DNA from: an uncultured Steroidobacteraceae bacterium
GTDB taxonomy: Bacteria > Pseudomonadota > Gammaproteobacteria > Steroidobacterales > Steroidobacteraceae
Assembly: GCA_964494895.1 (NCBI GenBank)
Contig: CAZBTV010000006.1
Span: 12,043-76,042 of the forward strand
DNA: 64,000 nucleotides
Reading direction: 5' to 3'
Below are positions 27,498 to 36,619 of the stretch, one piece after another (positions within the stretch are counted from its first letter, which is position 1; each line of letters starts with the position of its first letter). Made by a program: the position numbers and the translations under genes. Below the pieces are notes generated by a model. It made no database searches. It saw only the letters and a program-made list of their open reading frames with translations, and was not told where the DNA came from.

Positions 27498-30029
27498 ATG
27501 TCGCGTCTAACCAAGCACATGCCGGCAGTGGCTGGCTATCGCGAGCGGCTGGCCACATTGCAAGGCGCTTGGGACAGCCTTGCGCTGTTGTCGCATCTCA
27601 GCGAGGACGGAACCAACCTCAGCGGCACGCGGCAGGCCTTCGAATCGCTCGCGGGCGACCTCGTGACACACCTCGCGGAGGAGACCCAAAAGAAGGCGCT
27701 GCTCGCGGCACGCGCCAGGGCACAGGTGGCGATCGACATCCTGGTGCGAAACCTTTTCGAGCGTACGGCCGACATCGGCTTTCTTGCAGCGGACGGACGC
27801 ATCCGCCGCTTTGCCCGGCGAATTCCGGACCTCCGACGCAGCGCCAGCGGCACCGGCGCGACCGATTCAGCGGTCAAGGCCCTCGCGGCGGCAACGCATG
27901 CTCTCGAGCGCCATCTCGCCGAGTACGTCGCCAAGTATTCTGTCTACCACAACGTGATCCTGCTCTCTCCCGAGGGTGAAGTTCTCGCGCAGCTCGAGAA
28001 CGGCTCCGCTCCGGCCTCTACGCGCGACCCGCTCGTCGGCAGCACCTTGGCGAGTGATAAGGCTTACCTCGAGACGTATCGGCAAACGGATCTCGTCCCC
28101 GAATCGCGCCGCGCCCTCATCTATTCGCACCGGGTTGCTTCCGAGCGCGAGACGCTCGGAGTTCTGTGCCTGTGCTTTCGTCTGGAGGACGAATGCGCGG
28201 GTATTTTCGCCAAGTTGCGCTCGGCCGCCGATTGGACCGTGCTCTCATTGTTGGATGCCAACGACGAAGTCATTGCCACCAGCGATCCTTACCAGGTCCC
28301 CGTCGGGGCGCGTGTCACGCCAGGCAACGGTGACACGGGCGACATCATCCGTTTCGCGGGCCGGGAGTTCCTGGCGGTCACGCGCAAGCCCCAACCGTAT
28401 CAGGGTTACACCGGCCCGCAATGGCGCGGGCATGTCATGATTCCGCTGGAGCGCGCCTTCGAGGCGGACGGCCGCTCCGGCAATCCCGGCTGCACCTCCG
28501 AGGTGTTGGCAGATCTGCGCTCGAGCGCTGCGACATTCTCCTCGGCGCTGCGCGACATCCCCCGCCAGGCGGATGCCGTCCAGCGCGATCTCAATCGCTC
28601 CGTCTGGAATGGCAGCGTGCGGCTGTCCCTCAGCGACAGCGGCAACAGCACCTTCGCGAAAGCCCTGTTGCGCGAGATCAGCAATATGGGGCGCAAGACC
28701 AAGGAGGTGTTCGAGCACTCCATCGAAGAGCTGCACGAGACGGTTGTCTCCTCTGTCTTGCACGATAGTCAGTTCATGGCCTCGCTGGCGAGCGAGCTGC
28801 TGGCGCGCAACCTGTACGAGCGCGCAAACGACTGCCGCTGGTGGGCGCTCGACACGACATTGATCGGCCGGCTCACCAATGTGGAAGGCTGCGACGACGA
28901 TGCGGTGACCCGCGTACTACGGCACATCAACAGCTTGTACACCGTTTACCATTGTATAGTGCTGTTGGATTCGGACCGACGTATCGTGGCGACCTCCCGC
29001 CCGGAATACGAGCACCTGACAGGCACACAGATGGATGAGCCTTGGGCGGCACAGACTCTCGAGGTGGTCGGCACCCAAGGCTATAGCGTGTCAGGATTTC
29101 AGCCCAGCGCACTTTACGACAACCGACCCACGCTGATCTTCGGTGGCGCCGTCAGAGGCGCGAAGGGACGGGTCGTCGGTGCCGTCGCCGTGGTGTTCGA
29201 TACAGCCCCACAGTTGGCGGCGATGTTGCACGATTGTCTGCCCCGCGACGAGAGCGGACAGCCACTCGCGGGATCTGTCGCTCTGTTTCTGGATCGCGAT
29301 CAACGAGTCATGGCAAGCAGCGCCACCGTCGATGCCGGCGCTCTCGGGCTGCAATGGACTCGAGACGCCGCCCGGCAAGGTGAAGCTCGCGTAGTCCGTG
29401 TTGGAGAAAGCTACCACGCGATCGGAGTAAAGCCTGACAGCGGTTACCGCGAGTATCCGGGACTTGGCGGATACGCGATGGTGATGATCCCGATCGGCGG
29501 CGTGGCGCAGCGGCGCGGGGGCGCACGCGGCGCCGTGCCACAGCGGGCGGCAACTCGCCAGAGCGGCAAACACGACTTTCGTGAGTTTGCCACTTTCGCT
29601 GCAGGGGATGGCTGGTACGCGTTGCCCACCGCCAATGTGATCGAAGCCGTCGATGCGCGTACGCTGCAGACACTACCGACCGCCGAGCGCTGGTGCGCCG
29701 GCTATCTGATGTTCGCGGGCGAGCCTATCGCGGTTGCGGATCTCAGCCAGGTGCTCGGCGAAAGTCAGTTGGAGACCCCACGTATCGTGGTCATCATCCG
29801 CGCCCAAGGACGAGCCAAACCCTTCGGCCTCCGGGTGGAGCTGTTAGGAGATGTCTCGGAAGTGCCGACGGACCGCCTGTTGCCGATCGATGGCTCGAGC
29901 GAGCAGCTGGCCACATTGGCTATCGAGCCTGCCGATCCCAACGCGCCGCTGGTCATGATTCTGAGTCCTGACCGCCTGGCAACGCTCCTCTACGGAGATC
30001 TGGCCGGCCCGTCGGCCGTAGCTGCCTGA
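27498..30029 (+). CDS. soluble tandem-sensor-module protein with C-terminal CheW-like domain
   Basis: ATG 27498 (MSRLTKH...). CheW-like C-terminus at about 29568-29990: FATFAAGDGWYALPTANVIEAVD...GEPIAVADLSQVLG...PRIVVIIRAQGRAKPFGLRVELLGDVSEVPTDRLLPI. The N-terminal part is an internal duplication: LVRNLFERTADIGFLAADG...YSVYHNVILLSPEGEVLAQ matches LLARNLYERANDCRWWALD...YTVYHCIVLLDSDRRIVATS. No TM segment and no HAMP/MCP signalling domain seen. Confidence 0.8.
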   Translation: MSRLTKHMPAVAGYRERLATLQGAWDSLALLSHLSEDGTNLSGTRQAFESLAGDLVTHLAEETQKKALLAARARAQVAIDILVRNLFERTADIGFLAADGRIRRFARRIPDLRRSASGTGATDSAVKALAAATHALERHLAEYVAKYSVYHNVILLSPEGEVLAQLENGSAPASTRDPLVGSTLASDKAYLETYRQTDLVPESRRALIYSHRVASERETLGVLCLCFRLEDECAGIFAKLRSAADWTVLSLLDANDEVIATSDPYQVPVGARVTPGNGDTGDIIRFAGREFLAVTRKPQPYQGYTGPQWRGHVMIPLERAFEADGRSGNPGCTSEVLADLRSSAATFSSALRDIPRQADAVQRDLNRSVWNGSVRLSLSDSGNSTFAKALLREISNMGRKTKEVFEHSIEELHETVVSSVLHDSQFMASLASELLARNLYERANDCRWWALDTTLIGRLTNVEGCDDDAVTRVLRHINSLYTVYHCIVLLDSDRRIVATSRPEYEHLTGTQMDEPWAAQTLEVVGTQGYSVSGFQPSALYDNRPTLIFGGAVRGAKGRVVGAVAVVFDTAPQLAAMLHDCLPRDESGQPLAGSVALFLDRDQRVMASSATVDAGALGLQWTRDAARQGEARVVRVGESYHAIGVKPDSGYREYPGLGGYAMVMIPIGGVAQRRGGARGAVPQRAATRQSGKHDFREFATFAAGDGWYALPTANVIEAVDARTLQTLPTAERWCAGYLMFAGEPIAVADLSQVLGESQLETPRIVVIIRAQGRAKPFGLRVELLGDVSEVPTDRLLPIDGSSEQLATLAIEPADPNAPLVMILSPDRLATLLYGDLAGPSAVAA

Positions 30030-30112
30030 CCCAGTGACCTGCCTGCGGCGGTGGCGATCTGTCGCTTTGCGCAAACATTGCGCGCACAATCCGGGTACGC
30101 CAGCATTCGGGC

Positions 30113-33100
30113 ATGCAATATGTCGCCAGACTTTTGGCCATGAACTCGACGCGGAACGTTGTTGCAACGCACACTCAAGAGCCGGAGGCGCCCCACGAGC
30201 CCGGCCTGACGTTGCCCGGATCTGAGTCCAGCCGCGGCGAAATGGCTCGGCGCTTTCGCGAATTCGATTGGTCCTCCACGCCGCTCGGCCCGGTCGAGTT
30301 CTGGCCCGAGAGCTGGCGCAATGCCGTGCAGATCATTCTCGACTCGAGCTTCCCTACCGCCCTGGGCTTGGGCGACGAGCTCATCTATTTCTACAACGAT
30401 GCGTTCATTCCATTGGCTGGTCCGTCGCGTCACCCGGCAGCGCTGGGCCTGCCGGTAAAGGTCGCCTGGAAAGAGATCTGGGATCAGATTCTCCTGCCTC
30501 GATTCACGCACACCCTGACAACCGGGGCTCCAACAGGTGAGGCGGATCTGTTGATGCCGCTCGTGCGCAGCGGCTATCTCGAGGAAACCTACATCACGTT
30601 CTCGTTTGCCGCGCTCCGCGACGACCGGAATCGTCCCAGCGGCATTTTCTGTACAGCCATCGAGAATACCCGGCGTATCATCGCCGAGCGGCAAATGAAT
30701 TGCTTGCGGGCGCTCGCCGCGGGCAGCTCGTTCGCCGACTCGCCTGAGGGTGTCTGCCAATCGGCAGTGGCGGCTCTCGAAGGCAACCCCCGCGACCTGC
30801 CGTTCGCGGCACTGTATCTGGTCGAGGCGGACGGAAAGCGCGCGCATCTCGCCGGGACGGCTGGACTGTTGTCCCTTCCCAGCCTCTTTCCACAAACTCT
30901 GGAGATTACTGAAGGGAGCTCGAACGCGGTCGCGCGCGTGGCTCTCACTCGCCTTCCACAGCTCATCGAGGACGTACAGCCGTTTGTAGACGGCCTGGTT
31001 CGCACACCAGAGGTAACTCCCCAACGGGCGCTGGCGCTACCCGTATCGAATCCAGCAGCAGAGAATCTCGCGGCGGTCCTGGTCGCGGGTGTAAACCCGA
31101 TGAGGCCCGTGGATGAGTCGCGCACCTTTTTCGATCTCGTCGCCAATCACCTGGAAACCGCGATTTACAGCGCACGCGCGAAACAACATGTTCGCCAGCG
31201 TGCGCAGGCGCTCGCGGAGCTCGACCGCGCAAAAACGGTCTTCTTCAGCAATATCAGTCATGAGCTCCGGACGCCGCTGACCTTGTTGCTGGCGCCACTT
31301 GACGACCTGTTATCACGGACAACTCTGGAATCAGCGGACCGCGACCTGGTGGAAATCGCCCGTCGCGGCGGCGGACGGCTGTTGAAGCTGGTGAATTCGC
31401 TGTTGGAGTTCTCACGTATCGAGGCCGGGCGCATCGAGGCGAGCTTCGAGGCTACCGACCTTGCAAGTCTGACGAGCGATCTTGCCAGCGTGTTTCGCTC
31501 GGCGTTCCAGCGTGCCGGGGTTGGATTGGCCATTGACTGCCCGAAGCTGCCTGAGGATGTGTTCGTCGATCGCGATATGTGGGAGAAGATCGTTCTCAAC
31601 CTCGTGTCGAACGCGTTCAAGTTCACGCTCGAAGGCCGGGTGCAGGTTTCTCAGCACGCTCTGGGTGAGAGCATCGAGCTGAGGGTAAACGACACCGGCT
31701 GTGGTGTGGCGGCCGAGGATCTTCCCCGTTTGTTCGAGCGATTCTTTCGTGGGCGCGCATCCCAAGCGCGCACCCACGAAGGTTCCGGAATCGGTCTCTC
31801 TCTCGTGCAGGAGCTTGTGAAGCTGCACGGCGGCAGCGTCGAGGCGCAAAGTCAGGTTGGTATAGGCACCACCATCACGGTACGCATCCCGCGCGGCTCC
31901 GCTCACCTGCCACCTGAGCGCTTGGGAGTGATGCGGACCTTGGAGGTTGCCCGGATAGGCGCACTGCCCTTCCTCGAAGAAGCACTGGGTTGGTTGCCGG
32001 AGGGAGCGCGCGCGGAGCTACGCGCGACGGACCAAAGCACCACCCTGGCTGCAGACCAGGCGAGTACTCCGGATCAGACCGCGCGCATTCTCATCGCCGA
32101 TGACAACGCCGACATGCGACACTATATGTCGCGACTGCTCGGCGATCGGTGGCAGGTCGAGACGGAGCCCGACGGAGGAGCCGCGCTAGAGCACATTCGC
32201 CGCAACCCACCTGATCTCGTCATCGCAGACGTGATGATGCCCGTGATGGACGGGTTTGCACTGTTGCGCGCGATCCGAGCCGATGACGCTATCTCCAAGC
32301 TTCCGGTAATGTTACTTTCGGCCCGTGCTGGCGAAGAGGCCTCGTCCGAGGGACTGCGCGCCGGAGCGGACGACTATGTCACCAAGCCGTTCTTTGCTCG
32401 GGAACTGGTAGCCCGGGTAGAGTCCAGACTCGCCCAGGCCCGGTTGCGTGCTGCGGAACATCGCGCGCGGACCGCTGCAGAAGAAGCAAACCGAGCCCGG
32501 GACGTATTCTTCACAATGCTGTCGCATGAGCTGCGTACGCCGCTCATGGCAGTGCTCGCCTGGACCGCCCTGCTCAAAGGGAACAAACTGGATGCTGACG
32601 AAGCACTGCGCGCGCTCGATCTCATCGAGCGTAACGCGCGTGTTCAACGCCGGCTGGTGGATGACCTCCTCGACATCTCGCGCATCGTAACAGGCCGCCT
32701 GCGCATCGAACCGCGTACCATCACTTCTCTGGCACCGATCATCAGCACAGTGGTCGACTCCTTCCGCCCCGCAGCGCTGGCGAAAAATCTCGCCGTGGAG
32801 ACAGCCTTTGAGGCAGACGCAGGCGCAGTACACGGGGACCCCGAACGCTTGCAACAGGTAGTCTGGAATCTGCTCTCCAACGCGATCCGCTACACATCGC
32901 CGGGAGGACAGATCCAACTTTTCTACGGCCGCCGCGACCATCATGTCGAATTGCTGGTGCGGGACTCAGGCCAGGGAATCGCCCCGGAGGCGCTGCCGCA
33001 CCTGTTCGAGCGCTACTGGCAAGGAGCCAACACCCAACGTCGCTCCCACGGCCAGGGACTGGGGCTCGGGCTGGCGATCGCTCATCGCATCATCACGCTG

Positions 33101-33724
33101 CACGGCGGTCAAATCACCGCAGCCAGCGACGGTGAGGGACGCGGGTCAACCTTCACGGTAAGCCTGCCGGTGCTTCTGGCCGACCCGGAATCGAATCCTG
33201 CTGACCCTGACTGCGGCCATCCGGCAACCTCGAGCGCGCGCATGCAGGACGCTGCGGCCTCAGAGTTGGAAACCGCCGCGAGTGCCGCGTACCAGCATAA
33301 CCTACACCCAATCACGGGCGAGAGTAGCCATAGCTCTGAGAATCTGCGCGTCCTGCTGGTGGAAGATCATGAAGGAGTTGCGAAAGCCTGCCGCCGGCTA
33401 TTGATGGGCCACGGCCACTTCGTCGTCTGTGTTCCGGGCTTCGCCGCCGCAATCGAGGCCACCGAGCGCGCCAAGTTCGATCTGCTCATCTGTGATCTGA
33501 CGCTTCCCGATGGCAGCGGCCTCGAGTTGCCGTCCCGGCTGCGCACGCGGTTCACCCGCTTAGGCCGCCACGGCCAGCTTCCCGCCATTGCCATCAGCGG
33601 CAGCGTGTATCGTGAGGACATCATACGCAGCCTCGAAAATGGCTTCGCGCTGCACCTGGCGAAGCCTTTCGACGAGGCAGACCTCGTCTCCGCGGTGAAT
33701 AAAGTGATCGCAACGCTGGCGTGA
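30113..33724 (+). CDS. hybrid sensor histidine kinase with two kinase cores: PAS-GAF-HisKA-HATPase-REC-HisKA-HATPase-REC
   Basis: PAS-like segment FREFDWSSTPLGPVEFWPESW. H-box 1 FFSNISHELRTPL (His codon 31259-31261), with N/G boxes IVLNLVSNAFKFT, DTGCGV, GSGIGLSLV. REC1 DLVIADVMMPVMDG (Asp 32228-32230). H-box 2 FFTMLSHELRTPL (His 32525-32527), with VVWNLLSNAIRYT, DSGQGI, GQGLGLGLAIA. REC2 DLLICDLTLPDGSG (Asp 33494-33496). The start could be 30113 or 30140. Confidence 0.88.
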   Translation: MQYVARLLAMNSTRNVVATHTQEPEAPHEPGLTLPGSESSRGEMARRFREFDWSSTPLGPVEFWPESWRNAVQIILDSSFPTALGLGDELIYFYNDAFIPLAGPSRHPAALGLPVKVAWKEIWDQILLPRFTHTLTTGAPTGEADLLMPLVRSGYLEETYITFSFAALRDDRNRPSGIFCTAIENTRRIIAERQMNCLRALAAGSSFADSPEGVCQSAVAALEGNPRDLPFAALYLVEADGKRAHLAGTAGLLSLPSLFPQTLEITEGSSNAVARVALTRLPQLIEDVQPFVDGLVRTPEVTPQRALALPVSNPAAENLAAVLVAGVNPMRPVDESRTFFDLVANHLETAIYSARAKQHVRQRAQALAELDRAKTVFFSNISHELRTPLTLLLAPLDDLLSRTTLESADRDLVEIARRGGGRLLKLVNSLLEFSRIEAGRIEASFEATDLASLTSDLASVFRSAFQRAGVGLAIDCPKLPEDVFVDRDMWEKIVLNLVSNAFKFTLEGRVQVSQHALGESIELRVNDTGCGVAAEDLPRLFERFFRGRASQARTHEGSGIGLSLVQELVKLHGGSVEAQSQVGIGTTITVRIPRGSAHLPPERLGVMRTLEVARIGALPFLEEALGWLPEGARAELRATDQSTTLAADQASTPDQTARILIADDNADMRHYMSRLLGDRWQVETEPDGGAALEHIRRNPPDLVIADVMMPVMDGFALLRAIRADDAISKLPVMLLSARAGEEASSEGLRAGADDYVTKPFFARELVARVESRLAQARLRAAEHRARTAAEEANRARDVFFTMLSHELRTPLMAVLAWTALLKGNKLDADEALRALDLIERNARVQRRLVDDLLDISRIVTGRLRIEPRTITSLAPIISTVVDSFRPAALAKNLAVETAFEADAGAVHGDPERLQQVVWNLLSNAIRYTSPGGQIQLFYGRRDHHVELLVRDSGQGIAPEALPHLFERYWQGANTQRRSHGQGLGLGLAIAHRIITLHGGQITAASDGEGRGSTFTVSLPVLLADPESNPADPDCGHPATSSARMQDAAASELETAASAAYQHNLHPITGESSHSSENLRVLLVEDHEGVAKACRRLLMGHGHFVVCVPGFAAAIEATERAKFDLLICDLTLPDGSGLELPSRLRTRFTRLGRHGQLPAIAISGSVYREDIIRSLENGFALHLAKPFDEADLVSAVNKVIATLA

Positions 33725-33811
33725 TGGCGCGCGCTGCGCGGGCTAGCAGGTAGACAAACAGCAATACACCCGGAAGGAGCCGCCCCTCCCGGTTGGCAGG
33801 CTCCAGCTCAT

Positions 33812-34456
33812 TCAATTGCGGGCGTTGACGTTGCTCCGCTCGCCTTTGAGTCCGGCAAGCTGTGCGATCTCCACGAGTTGGATGAGCGAGCTGGCATGCA
33901 GCTTCTGCATGACCCGCGCGCGATGTACCTTGATCGTTTTCTCAACCGTCCCGAGCTCCGCGGCAATCTGCTTGTTGAGTCGTCCAGCGACCACCTTCTC
34001 CAGAACCTGGCGCTCGCGAGGGGTCAGCGTCGCGATACGTCCTGCGATGGTATTGCGTGTTTCCCACTCCGCGCGACCGGCGGCGTCGATCGCCAGCGCC
34101 TCCGCGAGCGCGGCCAGCAGCTCCTCGCGATCCACTGGCTTGGTGAGAAAGTTCACCGCCCCGGCTTTCATGGCGCGCACGGTATTGTGGATCTCCCGAT
34201 TGGCCGTGAGAAAAATGACCGGCCGATGGCATCCGGAAGCAGCCAGGCAGCGCTGCAGCTGCAGGCCGTCCAGATCGGGCATGGACAGATCCAGGAGCAC
34301 GCAACCGGGCGGCTCCGATTCATGCCCGATGAGAAACTCGTGCGCCGAGTTGAATTCCCGCACGTCATAACCCGCGCCCCGCACCAGGCGTCCAATGGCT
34401 CTGCAAACATCGGGATCGTCGTCCACGATGAATACTGTTTCCTCCTGTACGCTCAT
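33812..34456 (-). CDS. FixJ/LuxR-family response regulator (REC + LuxR-type HTH)
   Basis: VFIVDDDPDVCRAIGRLV...CVLLDLSMPDLDGLQL...LTKPV. C-terminal LTPRERQVLEKVVAGRLNKQIAAELGTVEKTIKVHRARVMQKL. Confidence 0.9.
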   Translation of the reverse strand: MSVQEETVFIVDDDPDVCRAIGRLVRGAGYDVREFNSAHEFLIGHESEPPGCVLLDLSMPDLDGLQLQRCLAASGCHRPVIFLTANREIHNTVRAMKAGAVNFLTKPVDREELLAALAEALAIDAAGRAEWETRNTIAGRIATLTPRERQVLEKVVAGRLNKQIAAELGTVEKTIKVHRARVMQKLHASSLIQLVEIAQLAGLKGERSNVNARN

Positions 34457-34773
34457 TGTCGCAGCCCCTCCTCCAGCGGCTCACCAGAACCAACTTGAGC
34501 TTCCTTCAGCGCTTCGCCTATGCGCTTCACGATCCCGGCGGCGCGCTTATCGTCCGCGATGATGTCCTCGAGTATGTCGTGCAGCTCGGCGCGATCCATC
34601 ACGGTGCTGGACATGCTGCGTTGCGCTGCCTGCGCGTTGCTCAAAATCGCAGTCAATGGTTGGTTCAGCTCGTGCAGGAGAGCCGCGACATCCGGTCCGG
34701 GTGCATTTCGTGAGTTGCTCAAAGGACGCACGCTCGCATCGTCGTCGTCAATAGGCACTAATCTAACCCTCAC
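34453..34773 (-). CDS. DHp-only (H-box) mini-protein, FixL-type dimerisation/phosphoacceptor helices without PAS or ATPase domain
   Basis: 106 aa, GTG start. ALLHELNQPLTAILSNAQAAQRSM....LHDILEDIIADDKRAAGIVKRIGEAL aligns to my memory of the FixL DHp (ALAHELNQPLAAISNY...RAGQIIRRLRDF). The ORF stops right after helix 2, and its stop overlaps the fixJ-like ATG (ATGA). It could be a functional phosphotransfer protein or a decayed kinase remnant. Confidence 0.6.
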   Translation of the reverse strand: MRVRLVPIDDDDASVRPLSNSRNAPGPDVAALLHELNQPLTAILSNAQAAQRSMSSTVMDRAELHDILEDIIADDKRAAGIVKRIGEALKEAQVGSGEPLEEGLRQ

Positions 34774-34855
34774 GCGGCCACGAAGCTATTGTGCAACGCG
34801 CAATGCATCGCAACACCCCAACGGCCATTCAGCTCCCACGAGGCTACCGCAAAAC

Positions 34856-35704
34856 CTAGAGAAAGAAATCTGGCAGCAGCTCTTCCTCGGCCACCCCCGG
34901 TTCCCGGTATTGCGTGAAATCGGTTTCACCCCCCTGACGGAGGATCTCCTCATCGATACAAAAATTCCCGGTGAATTCGCGACTCGGCTTTGTCAGGATC
35001 AGGTGAGCGGCGTCCGCTACGATTTCGGGCCTGCGGACCCGGCGACGCTCACTGGTTGGATAAGCACTCATCGCTACTTGCAGTGCAGCAGTTCCAATCA
35101 CCGTCCGCGGCCAGAGAGCATTCACGGCGATACCCCGCGGACGGAGCTCGCCGGCAAGCCCCAGCACGCAAAGGCTCATGCCGTACTTGCTGAGCGAGTA
35201 CGCCAGGTGGGGCGTGAACCAGCGCTCCGCAATGTTCAATGGGGGCGCCAGCATCAGAATATGCGGATTGGACGAGCGCGCCAGCTGCGGCAGGCATAGC
35301 TTCGAGCACAGATAGCTACCGCGCGTGTTGATCTGATGCATCAGATCGAATCGCTTCATATCCGTATCGGGCGTATTCGTCAGGGTGATCGCACTGGCAT
35401 TGTTTACCAGTATGTCGATCCCACCGAAGGTCTTCGCCGCCCTGGCGACGGCGTCCGCGACCTGGGCATCGTTGCGGATGTCCACCGCGATCGGCAATGC
35501 ATGGCCCCCCGCCGCTTCGATGGCCTTGGCCGCAGTGTAAATTGTGCCGGGCAGCTTCGGGTGTGGCTCCTGAGTTTTGGCCGCGACCACGATATTCGCG
35601 CCGTCGCGAGCCGCCCGCAGGGCGATCGCCAGCCCGATCCCTCGACTCGCCCCTGTGATGAACAAGGTCCTGCCTTTCAGGCCAGTTGCTGCCGATAGCG
35701 TCAT
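34856..35704 (-). CDS. SDR-family oxidoreductase (HSDL2/AtuG-like)
   Basis: ATG 35704. LKGRTLFITGASRGIGLAIALRAARDGANIVVAAKT..PHPKLPGTIYTAA...NNASAI...YSLSKYG. Confidence 0.85.
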   Translation of the reverse strand: MTLSAATGLKGRTLFITGASRGIGLAIALRAARDGANIVVAAKTQEPHPKLPGTIYTAAKAIEAAGGHALPIAVDIRNDAQVADAVARAAKTFGGIDILVNNASAITLTNTPDTDMKRFDLMHQINTRGSYLCSKLCLPQLARSSNPHILMLAPPLNIAERWFTPHLAYSLSKYGMSLCVLGLAGELRPRGIAVNALWPRTVIGTAALQVAMSAYPTSERRRVRRPEIVADAAHLILTKPSREFTGNFCIDEEILRQGGETDFTQYREPGVAEEELLPDFFL

Positions 35705-35842
35705 CCTCGAGCCCCCCTTGGTTGAAGATCCCAGCACCTGATATGCCAGCGGATTATGAGCCCATAGCTCGAAAAATCCTCATCGCGGGTGCGGGCGCTG
35801 TAACATTAGGAATTGGCTTCATGTTTTCGCAGGTGACAGATC

Positions 35843-36619
35843 TTGGCGGCCATAGGTGCGGAGCGGGTACTCAAGGTACACCACTGGACGGACACACAAT
35901 TCACCTTCACCACCACGCGTGATGCAGCGCTGCGTTTCGAAAACGGGCAGTTCGTCATGGTCGGTCTACAGGTCGACAATCGGCCGCTTTTGCGCGCTTA
36001 CAGCATTGCCAGCGCGAACCATGAGGAGCATCTGGAATTCCTGAGCATCAAAGTCCCTGACGGACCACTGACCTCGCGTCTGCAGCACATCCGGGAGGGC
36101 GACGAGGTGCTCATCAGCCGCAAGCCCACCGGCACGTTGGTGCTGCATGACCTGAAGCCGGGGAAACGGCTCTATCTGCTGAGTACCGGGACGGGCGCGG
36201 CGCCCTTTATGGGCCTCATCAAGGACCCGGAGGTATACGAGCGATTCGAGCACGTCGTGCTCGTCCACGGCGTACGCTGGATCCGGGAATCGGCCGTCGT
36301 GAAGCACCGGATCGAAGAGCTCAAGACACACGAATACCTGGGCGAAATGGTGAGCGATAAGCTCCACTACTACCCCACGGTCACGCGCGAGCCCTACGTA
36401 AACCGCGGTCGGCTGACGACGTTGCTGGAGTCGGGACGTCTTTGCCGCGATTTGCACCTCCCAGACCTGAATCCCGCCGAGGATCGCGTCATGGTGTGCG
36501 GCAGCCCGGCGATGCTCAGCGATACCTGTGCGCTGCTGGATGGGAGGGGCTTCACCGGCTCACCCCACATCGGCGAGCCGGGAGATTATGTCATCGAGCG
36601 CGCCTTCGTGGAGCGCTGA
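35843..36619 (+). CDS. fpr: ferredoxin-NADP+ reductase
   Basis: ERVLKVHHWTDTQFTFTTTRDAALRFENGQFVMVGL...RAYSIASANHEEHLEFLSIKV...LYLLSTGTGAAPF. The apparent start is TTG at 35843, so the start is uncertain. Confidence 0.88.
   Translation: MAAIGAERVLKVHHWTDTQFTFTTTRDAALRFENGQFVMVGLQVDNRPLLRAYSIASANHEEHLEFLSIKVPDGPLTSRLQHIREGDEVLISRKPTGTLVLHDLKPGKRLYLLSTGTGAAPFMGLIKDPEVYERFEHVVLVHGVRWIRESAVVKHRIEELKTHEYLGEMVSDKLHYYPTVTREPYVNRGRLTTLLESGRLCRDLHLPDLNPAEDRVMVCGSPAMLSDTCALLDGRGFTGSPHIGEPGDYVIERAFVER

Noticed and set aside
36586-36619. 34-nt convergent overlap of the fpr and AsmA-family 3' ends as a possible annotation error or frameshift.
   Set aside because: Both reading frames end with plausible family-consistent C-termini. 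Short convergent overlaps are common in compact GC-rich genomes.
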